64,000 bases of DNA from Albugo candida (GCA_040437565.1 JBDOQK010000006.1:372001-436000), one strand, 5' to 3'; shown: positions 50,401 through 62,516, numbered from the stretch's first letter. Program-made: numbers and translations. The notes: generated by a model from the sequence alone, not told the origin.

Positions 50401-51576
50401 TAAAGTCTTTTTATCCTCGGTGATGAAAGTGAGTCCATTCACACGCGTCGACGAGTCTTTCACGCCAGCGAGTGTGTACGCATGACAGGTGGTGTTTGAA
50501 CTCGATGTTGCAACGAAAGAGCTTCGTGTACGATCGCCTGACGGCGCTGTTGGTTCCATTTGAGGTGTCTGTTGGAGCTTTGGTTCATCTGCGGTTGCGA
50601 GATACGCCTCTTTCGATGGAAATCGACGGAGGACTTTGCCTTCTAAAACATAGAAATGCTTTTCCACCCGACGGAGCCATTCACTACGCCGACTTAATGT
50701 CCCTTTCCATTGTACAAATTCATGGTAGAAAGGCTCTTCATTCGCTCGTACATAATGACCCAAATCGGTCAATTCTCGAGCGGTATCTGACTGCAAGGGA
50801 GAAACAACGCTATCTGTTTCACAATTTTTCGAGGGAGTTTGTCTTTGTGTGCTTGCTTCCACACATTCGATCTTTGGTGCGGTATTGGCATCTTCCTCTG
50901 TTCCTAATGTTTCAATATTGCCATCAGTGCCATTTTCTGTTCGATCTTTGATGAGCTTCTCGCCCAAAATGCTCAAAAATGGATTCTGTGACGCTGAAAG
51001 ACGTTGCGCAGAAGCTCGATAGAGCTCATTTTCCCTTCCATGAAGTGAATGTTTGGCGTCCTCCATCATCTCATTAGCTCGTTCGGAGATTCGGCCTTGT
51101 TGGCACCAATGTAGTCGATGGCATTTGGCATCGTCCCATTGCGAATTCTGACTGTATGGATGCGTTATAGAGCGTCGAAGGGAGGGATATGAGTGCCGTT
51201 CCTGTACTTCTGATAGCTCACAGTCTTCTTCCGGACATTCGCGATCCCGTGCTGTGCCCTCGTGGACCATACTCGAATCTCCCGCTGTATTTTCATCGAT
51301 TTCCAAGCCAAACGTATCATTTTCCTTTTTATTTTCAGAATCAGCGCTTCGTAAGCATTCGATTGATTGGTCTGAATCCACACGGTGATCGTTCAGGCCT
51401 CCATTCCATGATCCCATTCTGAAGGAAGCTCGAGTCCAAACAGCGCCTTCCGATTGTGTGCGAGAACGGGATTTCGGTTGATTTTTGCTTGTACGGTTCT
51501 CTTTTAAGGGTGTCCTTTGATCGCTTCCTTCCGTGGATTTTGCAGTATATAACAGCGAAGAGCTCCCTTGATCCAT
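47422..51576 (-). CDS. Multidomain MAP kinase (PH, SnoaL/NTF2-like, C2, TEY kinase, WW), SAK1-like oomycete type
   Basis: Intronless ORF with GRGAYG, VAIKK, HRDLKPSN, DFGLAR, MTEYVVTRWYRAPE and WW LPPGWIKRESRSVPGKYYY..STW. Start is probably ATG 51576; the ORF is open to 51798. Confidence 0.92.
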   Translation of the reverse strand: MDQGSSSLLYTAKSTEGSDQRTPLKENRTSKNQPKSRSRTQSEGAVWTRASFRMGSWNGGLNDHRVDSDQSIECLRSADSENKKENDTFGLEIDENTAGDSSMVHEGTARDRECPEEDCELSEVQERHSYPSLRRSITHPYSQNSQWDDAKCHRLHWCQQGRISERANEMMEDAKHSLHGRENELYRASAQRLSASQNPFLSILGEKLIKDRTENGTDGNIETLGTEEDANTAPKIECVEASTQRQTPSKNCETDSVVSPLQSDTARELTDLGHYVRANEEPFYHEFVQWKGTLSRRSEWLRRVEKHFYVLEGKVLRRFPSKEAYLATADEPKLQQTPQMEPTAPSGDRTRSSFVATSSSNTTCHAYTLAGVKDSSTRVNGLTFITEDKKTLQLNASNPVEKVIWMRLGLEALVALPGLPVTPLDMEEFYAMLVVLYTAYYGSWRTDGDMAVTLPPPSEQVFTRFFRLLDKDVIFCSNYPPSVPFHGAYRGHEGVVTFMNEFAKHTIWTNFKIGGLSVENSIAVASGKEEMENQKDRRKFIQNWVHKFTFSENGKLTRFEINGDVVAASAVFKVPGAATTLKLPQDFNEVDAEHGKHGVLVVRVMQGNGIKTGSTQKRPIKSPRVRLSVIHGEKEQRVRGICDAHRISGTASTMIAGIAVPVSLTRKLNTGINLLHAAAATAANSLPSYESSNHTSGAHTDQFHNMTGPPRDLGDFEIETTNPLWNHMIMLPFSDVIGTCSLLIELVDHGRVKLGIAVSGSDGKVAQATVNIARYLMSARNLSKRDEEIAIASDSRWYTLSNTKGEYCGKILLGISCRSVSPGGSGVKVSPQVCSPLTENQLEPHSWEHDRQIDEYKPNTCASDSCLTTTGSYALQWRPSSNRSVPVDDEREDSRENRSLSHTLDGVSANMEYQPNPKSTTSQSSSQRRHGWAHVRLSPEANEQRSHSAGCVNATKTSTVHQRFPSPMKPSIDSIVCKDNDAMHTFIVCGAPFTIPRHYQLIKVCGRGAYGIVIAATNTLTGGNVAIKKVIDCIWHLHQLKQILREVRLIRHMMHENILSLMDLIPPPSYTDFRDVYMTIDLMEMDLHRIIYSKEILLDDHIRYFLYQILSGLSHMHKAGVLHRDLKPSNLLINSDCQLKICDFGLARTKEWDDVGMTEYVVTRWYRAPELLLGSTYGEGVDLWAAGCIFAEMLGRKPLFPGETYVHQLQLIMNVLGVPEEHSFIENPQANKLKGRQLLSQTHAVAGMDVSTLFPNANPEAVDLLWKMLVFDVDKRISVMDALRHPYLSAYYSEEKESLQVEPFHYFDLDGLDEAELKELMFKEICYFHPEEMEKRASQQAQHPENFEKLPPGWIKRESRSVPGKYYYSHPKRGISTWNRADVR

Positions 51577-51704
51577 TTTGGATGGGTTTATGACGGAAGG
51601 GACTTCGAACAGATACCGTTTCTCGGCGGTACTACCGGTAGCGTTGAAGCGATGATCGCGGGGTATGCCAACATAGAGGTCTATTGGATCTTGAAAGGAC
51701 ACAA

Positions 51705-54700
51705 ATGGCTGCCAGTGAAATGCAAATGTTCCCAACGGATAGCGCTTACTCTTTTCGACGGAAATTGGAACTGGTTGACAAAATATCGTATTTGACATGT
51801 GATAGAACCGATAAGTCGAGTAGGTTCATTGCAAGCGCAATGCATCCCGTGCGTCAATGGATCGCGGCAATCGATTCTTTGCATAATGGAGAATGTGTGG
51901 TTTGGAACTACAAAACACAAGAAGTCGTGTTCCGCTTCCAATTGAATGCATCCAATGACATGTATCAGGAGATGGATTATGAGGAAAGAGACTCTGATAT
52001 CGCTACTACAACTCTTCCCACCACACTCAATGTTTTATCGCCTTCAGCGCTTGCAAGACAAGCACTAGCCAAAACTACATCTCCTAATAGCTCATATTTG
52101 CGAGTATCTCGTAGATCCTCTTCTCTACAGCTTCTTTTTTACGACTTTGAAGTCATACAGGAGACAGCAAAGGTCCCTATCGAGCGTACTTGGCATAATG
52201 AGTGGCTTATTCTCATCGCTAACAGCCATATTATGACGTTCGACCTCAATCACAACGGATCGGTAGACTATTATGACACCTGCTACCTTTCCTTCTCTTA
52301 TCATTTCGGCCTCAGATGCGGAGACTGTCCTCAGACGAATTCCAAAAAAGTGAGCCGACATGTATCACAGTGTTACCGTGCGGAATGCTCGCAATTGGTA
52401 GCGTCAAGCGATTCAAATTGTAATCAAAGCTCATAAACTTTATTTAAGGATGTCAGGATGGAAGAATACGACTTTGGGATCCTCATATGTGGAAGATGTT
52501 GAGAGTTGTCGAAACAGGACTGACACGAGGTCTTTTCCATCGTTTTCAGAGTTGATATCGCGACTTATTTTGTGTCTTTAGAGCTACAGGATTTGAAGCT
52601 TTTGACGCCTATGAACAGCAGTAAACAATCTTCCGAACAAGAACGATTCGTTGCTGGGCTTTCAGTGGATGGAAAGCTCACGATATGGACCATTGTGCGC
52701 GCATTCAACTCCTGGGAATACGTCAAAGTCTCCGAATTAGAGCTCAAAGTATTTTCCTTCCGAATTGATAAGTACCCAATTCCAACGTTTGCATTTGAAG
52801 GAACTGACAAAGAGCTGGGAATCGACTTTTGGATTTGCTGAGATCAACGTCCATCACGCTCACGAAATGCTCACAATCTCGACAAAAGATGGGACGATTT
52901 ACGTCTTTGATGTTTTTCAATTATATCACGCCGCCAAACCGTAAGCCCATTTTCAAATTCGATGGAAAAGCATATAAAAGTCGATAGTGTGCTATTGATT
53001 GGAATTTTGCCGTCCGTGAAAGCGAATTTCATCGCTGTATTTGCCGGAGTCAAACGCGGGTCCTTCACGATCGCATCGATATCAAGTCTTCATTCCGGGG
53101 TACGAAGCCTTCTCAACTCCATCCGTGGGCCTACATGAGCGTTGTAGATCTCCTTCTCGGACATGATTGTGAAGGGGAGACTCTTTTTGCGAGAGAACAC
53201 CTCAAGCTACTATGAATATGCTTGTGGCCCGGGACACGAGTCGAAAGACCTCTCTACTTTGATTCCACAGGTACGTGAAGATGTAGGAGCGAGGACTTGA
53301 TCCAAGCTGATCTCCTTCTGCTAGTATCACTCCAAGAAGACAAAGATGATGTCACTAACCATAGGCTCAGAAACGAGGAATGAGATCGTTTGCATCGGCA
53401 CCACTTCTGGGCTTCTTGTACTGAAAGCCAGCTTTCTATCACCAAAGTGTGCCCCCATTCTGATTCCACGATCGATCGATAAAGTGCCTCTAATAGCTCT
53501 ACCGAGCAATGATCGTGTCTTGATTCGATTCCTGGAAGAAAGCGGTGTCGAGGGGAAGGATGAGTACAAAATGCAAGATACCGGGATGGAGACGGCTTTG
53601 GAAGCATGCAGGCAGCCCTATCTACAATCAAGTCTTTCGGATTCGACGTACTTGAGCGCTCTTCATCTCGGAGCAGCTCACGGAGAGATTCTTCAAATGG
53701 ACTCGGAGCTACGCAACCAAAAGTCTATCACACTGCACAAAGTCTTTTCGGGTAGTGCTACGTCGATCGCTTGGCATACAGCAATGAATCGCTTTGCTTT
53801 CGTGATGGTTTGTGCTCTGATTTGATTGTAATTCATGCAATCTCATACCTGACGTAGCCTCAAGAACAAAACGAGCAAAACTTGAAAAAACCCAGCAATG
53901 CACGTCGTCGCAACTTTATATTCGGACGAAATTCCAACTCTGATGACGCTGGGTCTCAGCGAAGTCTGCACAATATTCCTTCTCCTTCTTTGTTGGCGGT
54001 GTACGACATTGTTGGGGAAGCTCAAATTGAGCTCATCGATGACTCGTTCACGGCCGGAGACGGTCATATTCTTCATATTTTTTCTGGGCCTTTTCTCGGT
54101 CTCGTACGATATGAATTGGAAGACGTTCCTGGTAGTAATGATACCCTCCCTGACACGAAAAGCAGTGATTCAAGCCCCAATCTTTTCCGAAGAAAACGAC
54201 AGGAGTCAGGTCTGGGTGCGTTTTCCCCCACGCTGAAGGGAGCACAAACGCCTCCCAATTCGACAAATGTGGCAGCCACCGAGCAAAAGATAAAGAAGAC
54301 TTGGATCGAGTTTTACGAATGGGGAGCGAGATCCTCGGCTTCTTTCTCTCTTTGCAAAGTAGGCTCTTCGATCCCGTGCCCGATGGCGATTGCATGGGAG
54401 TCCAAGTCGAATCGATTCTGTGCCTTGCTGTATGATCGAAAGATTGTCATCTACAGCTTTCAGAGAATCGAGTCGAAGGACGAGGAATGCATGAAAAAAC
54501 TCCATGAGATCTCCATAGAGAAAGTTGTCTGCATGAAATGGATTCAGTACACGCTGTTCACGTTGACGACCTCTTCTGTGCACTGCTTCATCATGAGCAA
54601 AACCAGGTACTTTAGCTTCCAGCTTGCAAGCAACAGTGATGGAATTGGATCAGAGAGCACGCTGCCCCACAAAGACCTCGCCATCTTACAAAATATGGCG

Positions 54701-55637
54701 AAATTCGAGTTTCCAAAAGCTCAATACTTACCAAAGCAAATCGTGACCATTTTTGGAGTCAATAAAGAAAAGCTTCTTGTAGCCGATACATCAGCCAACG
54801 TCTATACAATCGATCTCACCAATCAGGTGGTGCAATGCTGCATCTATGTATCGAACGGCCTGCCTGTGGAGGCTCTAAAGACCTTGAAATGTCATATCAC
54901 CAGTGAGTCTGTGACCAAGTTTATCGCCAGTGTCATGGAGGTACCGACGACTTGTTAGCTCTCAAGACGGCTCCTTTGTCATGTCTGTTGTGAAGGGATT
55001 TGGATTCATAAGCGAAGCCCTTGCAGTTCCACGCCTTCCAATACGCTTTGCAACTGAGCTTTGTATAAAGGTATCGTATTTGTACTCTAAAAATTCCGCT
55101 GAGGAGAGTTTGTAGCACAATCGATTCGAAGAGCTTGTGGGTCTACTTGACAAAGTACAAATGGATTCTGACACTGTGATGGTAAGCCACGTCCAATGGA
55201 TGTTGATGCGTGCGTTTTCATAGCGACATGTGGCAGGGCACGTCGGTATTCCAGCGTGGATGTATCGCACTGTATCGTGCCGATCGACTTGAACCGCTGG
55301 AAGCCTTGCACGACAAAGCACAAGCTTCAGTATCTCGGCCAAAGGATACAATTTTCCTGGCTGCGATGCTCGGAGACCACAAAGTGCGTTCCCTTGATCG
55401 ATGGGAATTCGTAGAAACTGATAAGCGTTTGCGTAGAAACATCAGGACGCTCTTCTCGCACATGGAGATTTTGCTTTGGCAATGTATGCGGCCAAGGAAA
55501 AAGATCAAGACACATCTTTGATTTTGGAAAAGTGGAACGAGCATATGCAACTGCCTACAGCGTCTTGGAGAAGCCTACTCGATAAACTGCATCTTGATCC
55601 CGGGCATTCTTGGCTCAAATTGTCTTTGAAGGCATAG
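51705..55637 (+). CDS. WD40 plus alpha-solenoid protein similar to TSET/TPLATE-complex TTRAY2 (TWD40-2/TstF), multi-exon
   Basis: MHPVRQWIAA..VVWNYKTQEVVF, LLFYD, LILIANSHIMTFDL and DGRIRLWD..WKML parallel the TWD40-2 N-terminus as recalled. Helical C-terminus ends at TAG 55637. Confidence 0.6.
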
Positions 55638-55696
55638 GTACCTTGGGCTTTCATTAGCAATTGTGCTTGTGATAACTTTAGTGTAAATATCAAAAG

Positions 55697-58295
55697 TCAA
55701 TCGAAAGCTTGAAACTCGGCAAGTGGAGCGATCGAAGGTCTTCCGTGAGCACATTGGAACGGTAAGCTGCATCGGCTGAGCTCTGAGAGCAGATGTTGGC
55801 ATTGAGCATGCGAGAGCCATTCTCCAAACATGATGGCACTTCGACAGGCTCGAGATTTGATCAGACGAGTGATCATCGGTGGTCGTTGGTCGATCATTTG
55901 ATCCTCTTCCAAAAGATAATTCACAAACTCACGAAAATCCGATTCCGTCGCTATTCGTCCGTCAAAAATCGGGCTAGTCATTAGCTCCAAACGAGTTCCG
56001 TCGATGGATTCCCTCATTCGAAAATGACTCTTTTCATGGACAATTCTTTGGAATCGAAATCCCCACTCGTCCAGTGTCCTCTCATACACGTGTAAGGCTC
56101 GATCCTCTTGTGCATTCATCCAGAGCTTGATACCCGGAGAGTGCTGATATCGCTCGATATTTCTTTCCGTGCCGTCCATACCGAAGAGATCTTTCTCAAG
56201 CTTTTCTAGCTTTATACGCTCGTCAACTGCATGCTGATCAAACGCCATGATCACACAGATGTCTGTGTTGTCACCTGAAAGTTTCGTGCTCGCGAGAATG
56301 AATTTTCGATCCACTTGTCCAAGTACAGCTATATGATCGAAAATCCCTTTGGACACTTTACGAGGCTGAAGGATGTTTGGAAGGTGTATTACGCTCAAAT
56401 TTCGATCGACCGTATTGCAGGACTTTGATTTCTGACATTTTCGGTGTAATCGCTTTATTTTCTGACAGAGATCTCTGTCGATGGGAGCAAAGAGATCGTT
56501 CCTGATCTCGCTCTGATTCGTGATACAGCATCGATCGTTTTCATCGGTAAGTCTTTCTGCATGGTATCGTGCATTGCTAAAAGTACACGTAGTTGCCCGC
56601 ATTTTCTTTGTAGAGCGGAATGGCGGAAAAGTATCACTGGGAAATAGAACCTGATTCATTACACGCGACTTGAGTCGTGTCAATACATCGTTCCCCTCGT
56701 TCTTGGCGTAGCCCACGCTTTTCAAGCGCGATGCAGCCTCCACATTGGAAAGTGCTTCCGACTCGATCTCGATACGTCTTGACTTTTCTCGCCTCTCATC
56801 GGCTTTCAATGCGTGGAAACTCGGTCTTTTATGTCGTCTATAGCCAGTTGATGTGGCATTTGTTCCAAAAGTCGATTCACTTGAGAGAGAAATTTCTTTA
56901 AAAATCTTCGACTTGGAGAGCATTATCTGATACATCGACTCAGCGGTCTATTCAATCGATGAAAAATCACGAGTACCTTTGCAACTTGCGTCATGACTGC
57001 TTGGAAGGCGTCGTACGAAGCGAAAATCACATCGCGTTTCGTGTCCGTTTGCATCACATCGACAGCATTTCTTCCTGCTTGGATTGCCAACACAAACACC
57101 AGCAAGCCTATTACGCATACTCCGTTATACAATCAAACTCCACAATACATTGCCATACATCCATCGCATGTCAGCGCAATTTGCCTCGAAATCAGTTTGG
57201 ATACTTGAGCCTGGAAACTCGCATGAGGGCGATTGTTTAAAAACGCATATTGATAGCAAATTCGAGCGTGTTTGGTCGTCTGAACGATCTGCCAATTTCG
57301 AGAGGATACTCCCGTGATTGTGACTCCGAAGTAGCCGCAAACTGAGTACTCCGGTGTCGCGTAATGTAAATACTGCAATTTATTTGCAATAGCGGACCCA
57401 AATATTTGAGTTAATCGATCGATGTACTCATTGACTTTTTCGATGTGAAAAGTACCAATGCGATTGGAGTGAGGACTCGCTACATATATCATGAGTTCGG
57501 TATCACTCTCATTCTGCCGTACCGTTTTCGCATATGATTTCAAACGAGATTTTAGGCCAAATTAATGAGAGACACTTGAGAAAGTTGCGTATACGCGTGA
57601 GAGCGGATTGTTGGTATCGGCTTGTGCTCAGAAGCTTATGTCGAATGGGGAGTCTGGCAAATAGATTCCTCACCGAAATGGTCACTCCTGAGGTCAAACG
57701 ACGTGAGTTGGTGTCTCGAGCGTTGTAAACAACCTCAGTGTTCTAAGGGAGTAGCAATGGGTATAAGGAGGAAGACGGGATGGGAGTGGTCTCACGTCAA
57801 AGACTTTGCGATGCACAATCCATTCGTCTCGTGCTCGACTCTCAATTTCAACGTCCGCTACAGCTATCAGCGAGGCAAGGAATGTACCATGTGCTCCGTA
57901 GTACGCAGATGTATCGCGATTTTCAAATACTATTCACGATGAGTGCATGAGGTATTTCCCACTCTTGATCACCTACCGATTTCCTCTTGCATCAAAGTGA
58001 AGAGTGTATCGGCTTTAAGTCCATTTCCTAATCAAATGTAGATTCACGAGATGCAAGAGCACAGCTGAGATATCGTCTACCATTATCGATAACGGAGAAG
58101 CTCGCTTGGGGTAGATTGAGGTACAATTTGATCGCAGAAGCTTGTGCGTCAATGGCGTTATACACAGCTACACAGTGAGGTCATACACATGAGGTAATTA
58201 ACTGGAGTATTTTGCATACTCTCAATGATCGCGGTTACGAGATGAGGGATTCGATGGCACGGATGAATAAGGTTTTCATTCAAAGTTTTCTTCAT
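55697..58295 (-). CDS. MLH3: MutL homologue MLH3, multi-exon; 5' exons duplicated at 58466-59070
   Basis: C-terminal QVDRKFI, DQHAVDERIKLE, ACRSAIMFG and LPFQCAHGRPS. N-terminal GHKL segments NAIDAQAS, IDNG and GVTISVRNLF. Confidence 0.9.
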
Positions 58296-59352
58296 TCTTT
58301 GTATTGTAACGCAATCACTCTGTTGCTTACATTGCACATAGCATCAGCATAAATTTCAAACGCAANNNNNNNNNNNNNNNNNNNNNNNNNNNNNNNNNNN
58401 NNNNNNNNNNNNNNNNNNNNNNNNNNNNNNNNNNNNNNNNNNNNNNNNNNNNNNNNNNNNNNNNNGTATAAGGAGGAAGACGGGATGGGAGTGGTCTCAC
58501 GTCAAAGACTTTGCGATGCACAATCCATTCGTCTCGTGCTCGACTCTCAATTTCAACGTCCGCTACAGCTATCAGCGAGGCAAGGAATGTACCATGTGCT
58601 CCGTAGTACGCAGATGTATCGCGATTTTCAAATACTATTCACGATGAGTGCATGAGGTATTTCCCACTCTTGATCACCTACCGATTTCCTCTTGCATCAA
58701 AGTGAAGAGTGTATCGGCTTTAAGTCCATTTCCTAATCAAATGTAGATTCACGAGATGCAAGAGCACAGCTGAGATATCGTCTACCATTATCGATAACGG
58801 AGAAGCTCGCTTGGGGTAGATTGAGGTACAATTTGATCGCAGAAGCTTGTGCGTCAATGGCGTTATACACAGCTACACAGTGAGGTCATACACATGAGGT
58901 AATTAACTGGAGTATTTTGCATACTCTCAATGATCGCGGTTACGAGATGAGGGATTCGATGGCACGGATGAATAAGGTTTTCATTCAAAGTTTTCTTCAT
59001 TCTTTGTATTGTAACGCAATCACTCTGTTGCTTACATTGCACATAGCATCAGCATAAATTTCAAACGCAATCCTTTATTTTGCGTTACATAATGAGTTTA
59101 GTACATGATTTCAAGTACATAGATAGTACGATAAGGGAGTGGCCGTCAAGGCTCATGCAGAAAGTATAGGGGTGAGTAGGGTAGCCATGTATTGTTGCTG
59201 TTTGAATGGACATAAACAACGTACAGCAAATCGCGTACTCTACGACTAATACAAAACGACCATTTCACCAGTCGTAACGATCGAATACATTGCGTTGATT
59301 CCAACTTTATTTCACAAGCTCCGTCATTTGCCGGTTAAGTACAGTTTTTACG

Positions 59353-59913
59353 ATGAGTTCTCCTTCCGCTTTTTCGCTTACAAAGCACGAAGCCATGATG
59401 AAATGCCCATGGCAATGGCGACCTGCATTTCTGGACGAAAAACGCGAGAGTCGGAAACGCAAGGCTGGGGACGGGTGTCTTTACGATCCCGTTGATCCTA
59501 GTTTTGTGGATCATTTAGTGCCCGTGTATGCAAAGCGTTTTTGTTACAATGCTTTTGTGGAATCCGAAGAAAAAGAAAAAATTGAGAAAGAGATACAACG
59601 ATTAAGAACGCAACAAACCTTTGAGGCGCGTGGTGAGACGTCTGAGGACGCAGACGAGACCGGCGATTTGACGAAAAAGGAGCAACTCTCTCACACATTG
59701 AGTGGCGGAGGTTCAAAAGATATTAGTGAGGAGAATCTTGCTTTGGTTGACAGTATTATGGTAATGTCCAAAAGAGCAATGGAGAAGCAACACACACATC
59801 ACGCGACTTTGCATTTAGTATCAGACAATATTGAGGAAAATCATCTGGTCATTTGCGGAACGTTAGACTTTTCAATGGAATACATAACCGATACCGATAC
59901 CGTTAGCTATTAG
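59353..59913 (+). CDS. Hypothetical protein (~170-186 aa)
   Basis: Uninterrupted ORF with protein-like composition and a KRK NLS-like patch. No family recognised. Confidence 0.55.
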   Translation: MSSPSAFSLTKHEAMMKCPWQWRPAFLDEKRESRKRKAGDGCLYDPVDPSFVDHLVPVYAKRFCYNAFVESEEKEKIEKEIQRLRTQQTFEARGETSEDADETGDLTKKEQLSHTLSGGGSKDISEENLALVDSIMVMSKRAMEKQHTHHATLHLVSDNIEENHLVICGTLDFSMEYITDTDTVSY

Positions 59914-60017
59914 CGATTAGCCATTAGCCATTAGCGTCTTCTTTGCAGTTCATCATTGCCTCATTACGATATTTATACACGTATACTGTGACCAAGATTT
60001 GTGTGTAATGTAAAGAC

Positions 60018-62516
60018 TCAATTCCTCGGACTTGGAACTTGCCAAAATAATTTTCCTTCTACGACAAAGGGACGAAGTAAGCGCTGCGATACTAAGACGT
60101 CGAGTAAGAGCTCGATCTTTTCTGTGCTGTATATCGGGAAGTGAGATTGTAATTGCTCCACACACTACATATAGAGTGAGAAATGAGAAGATGGTGATGA
60201 GAAGAGATATTACGAATGCAGGCGTCCGTTCTTCCTCACACGTTCCATGAAATCTGCTGTATACGGCTGAAATCGCTACCGCTCCAGTTCCTTTCTGTGG
60301 CAACTACATGTTATATACTACAGACATCCAACATGCTTGTTACCTGAAAAGCATCTGGAAATAAGGACAGATCGAATGCAGCTGGGACTTCATGCGCACT
60401 GAAAAATTCTTCGTATTCTATTAATGCTGATTCCTGAGATTTTGTGCCAATGTCGAGACTTGCACCTACAATCCGATTAGAGAGCGGTGTTCGAGGCGTC
60501 ATTCCTTTCAATTTGGTCGAAACGAGCGGTGACGTCAATGTCGGCGTTGATAGGTCTTCACTCAAGTTGAGTTTGTTGGGTGTGGGTGTTTTCTGTTTCT
60601 TGTTTAGTGCTGAGGGCCTCAAAAGCGCTTCTGATTGTTTCCGAGTATCAAGTGACGTTTGTTGATGATTAGATCTTTCTTCTTTGCTGCTTTCCGGGCA
60701 ATGAACGACTTTCTTATCCGACACAGCACCCATATCGGCTTGGAAAGTTGCAAGTGTCGTCACAGTTGTGAAATTTGGAATTTCTGGTGTTTTGGGGCTT
60801 TGAGGTCCGACCTGTTGCACGGTGATTCCCTCAACCTCTCGGACTCTTGAGGGCTCCGGTGACATCTCAAAGGCGCCCAATTTCATCAGATTTTTATTGA
60901 TTGCTGGAGTTTCACCGATCAATTCTACGCTGCTGATATCGGACTTCTCCGTTCTGACTTCCAAGTTCTCTTCATCGATTTTCTAGAACGGATTCAAGTA
61001 ACAAAAACTTAAAATTTCTCCATATCAGTACCTTTAATTGCGTGTGTGGTGGCGAACTTAACATGGGCGTATGTTGGCTTGTATCATGTGATTCAGAGTG
61101 CTGTTTCTCGAATAAACTGTGTCGTTTGATGTACGGCGTTCTCCTCATTGAAGGGAGCTTATCACTATCGATACTGACATTTGTCAGAGTCTCTTGAACG
61201 GAGGTTTTGTACTCTTTCAGCTCANNNNNNNNNNNNNNNNNNNNNNNNNNNNNNNNNNNNNNNNNNNNNNNNNNNNNNNNNNNNNNNNNNNNNNNNNNNN
61301 NNNNNNNNNNNNNNNNNNNNNNNNTTCTATTAATGCTGATTCCTGAGATTTTGTGCCAATGTCGAGACTTGCACCTACAATCCGATTAGAGAGCGGTGTT
61401 CGAGGCGTCATTCCTTTCAATTTGGTCGAAACGAGCGGTGACGTCAATGTCGGCGTTGATAGGTCTTCACTCAAGTTGAGTTTGTTGGGTGTGGGTGTTT
61501 TCTGTTTCTTGTTTAGTGCTGAGGGCCTCAAAAGCGCTTCTGATTGTTTCCGAGTATCAAGTGACGTTTGTTGATGATTAGATCTTTCTTCTTTGCTGCT
61601 TTCCGGGCAATGAACGACTTTCTTATCCGACACAGCACCCATATCGGCTTGGAAAGTTGCAAGTGTCGTCACAGTTGTGAAATTTGGAATTTCTGGTGTT
61701 TTGGGGCTTTGAGGTCCGACCTGTTGCACGGTGATTCCCTCAACCTCTCGGACTCTTGAGGGCTCCGGTGACATCTCAAAGGCGCCCAATTTCATCAGAT
61801 TTTTATTGATTGCTGGAGTTTCACCGATCAATTCTACGCTGCTGATATCGGACTTCTCCGTTCTGACTTCCAAGTTCTCTTCATCGATTTTCTAGAACGG
61901 ATTCAAGTAACAAAAACTTAAAATTTCTCCATATCAGTACCTTTAATTGCGTGTGTGGTGGCGAACTTAACATGGGCGTATGTTGGCTTGTATCATGTGA
62001 TTCAGAGTGCTGTTTCTCGAATAAACTGTGTCGTTTGATGTACGGCGTTCTCCTCATTGAAGGGAGCTTATCACTATCGATACTGACATTTGTCAGAGTC
62101 TCTTGAACGGAGGTTTTGTACTCTTTCAGCTCACAGGTTTTGAGCGTGGGATGAAGTGTTTCCTGTCGTATTGCGTCTATTTCCACGTGCGTTACAGACT
62201 CGGTGAACGATATGTGGTGGGTTTCTATTTGAATGGTACTTGTATGTTGCTTCGTATCACTCGTCAGTCGAACGTGATCCTCCTGATCCTCAATGATAGT
62301 TTTTGGTTGATCCTCAATGGTAGTTTTCGGAATTAACATTTGGTTAAATAACGGACTCCAAATTTGCAATGATGAATGTATTTTACGCATTATTTGATGC
62401 TGTTTCCGAACTTTAGTGAGTATACGAGTGGCGCATCGATGGGAGGCGCAAATGTTCTCATCAATCTCTTGTAAGAGAAATGTGATGCGCTGCTGGATTG
62501 CGTCGTCATCCGTCAT
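60018..62516 (-). CDS. DASH/Dam1 complex subunit Ask1-like protein, multi-exon; middle duplicated across the gap
   Basis: N-terminal IQQRITFLLQEIDENICASHR..W..F matches the Ask1 domain pattern (EQxITLxLQEIDxN). S/TP-rich linker; spliced C-terminal domain ends at TGA 60018. Confidence 0.7.

Noticed and set aside
51577-51798. Apparent coding overlap between the MAPK ORF and the divergent WD40 gene
   Set aside because: The overlap disappears if the downstream ATGs (51576 and 51705) are used; the extension is probably just an open frame.
1975-62134. Apparent tandem duplications inside the LEKR1-like, CDK, NUP155, ArfGAP, TERT, MLH3 and Ask1-like genes and elsewhere (e.g. 1975-2381/2482-2888, 37454-37805/37906-38257, 57761-58365/58466-59070, 60415-61224/61325-62134)
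   Set aside because: Each is an apparently identical copy abutting a 100-N gap, i.e. unmerged contig overlaps rather than biology.
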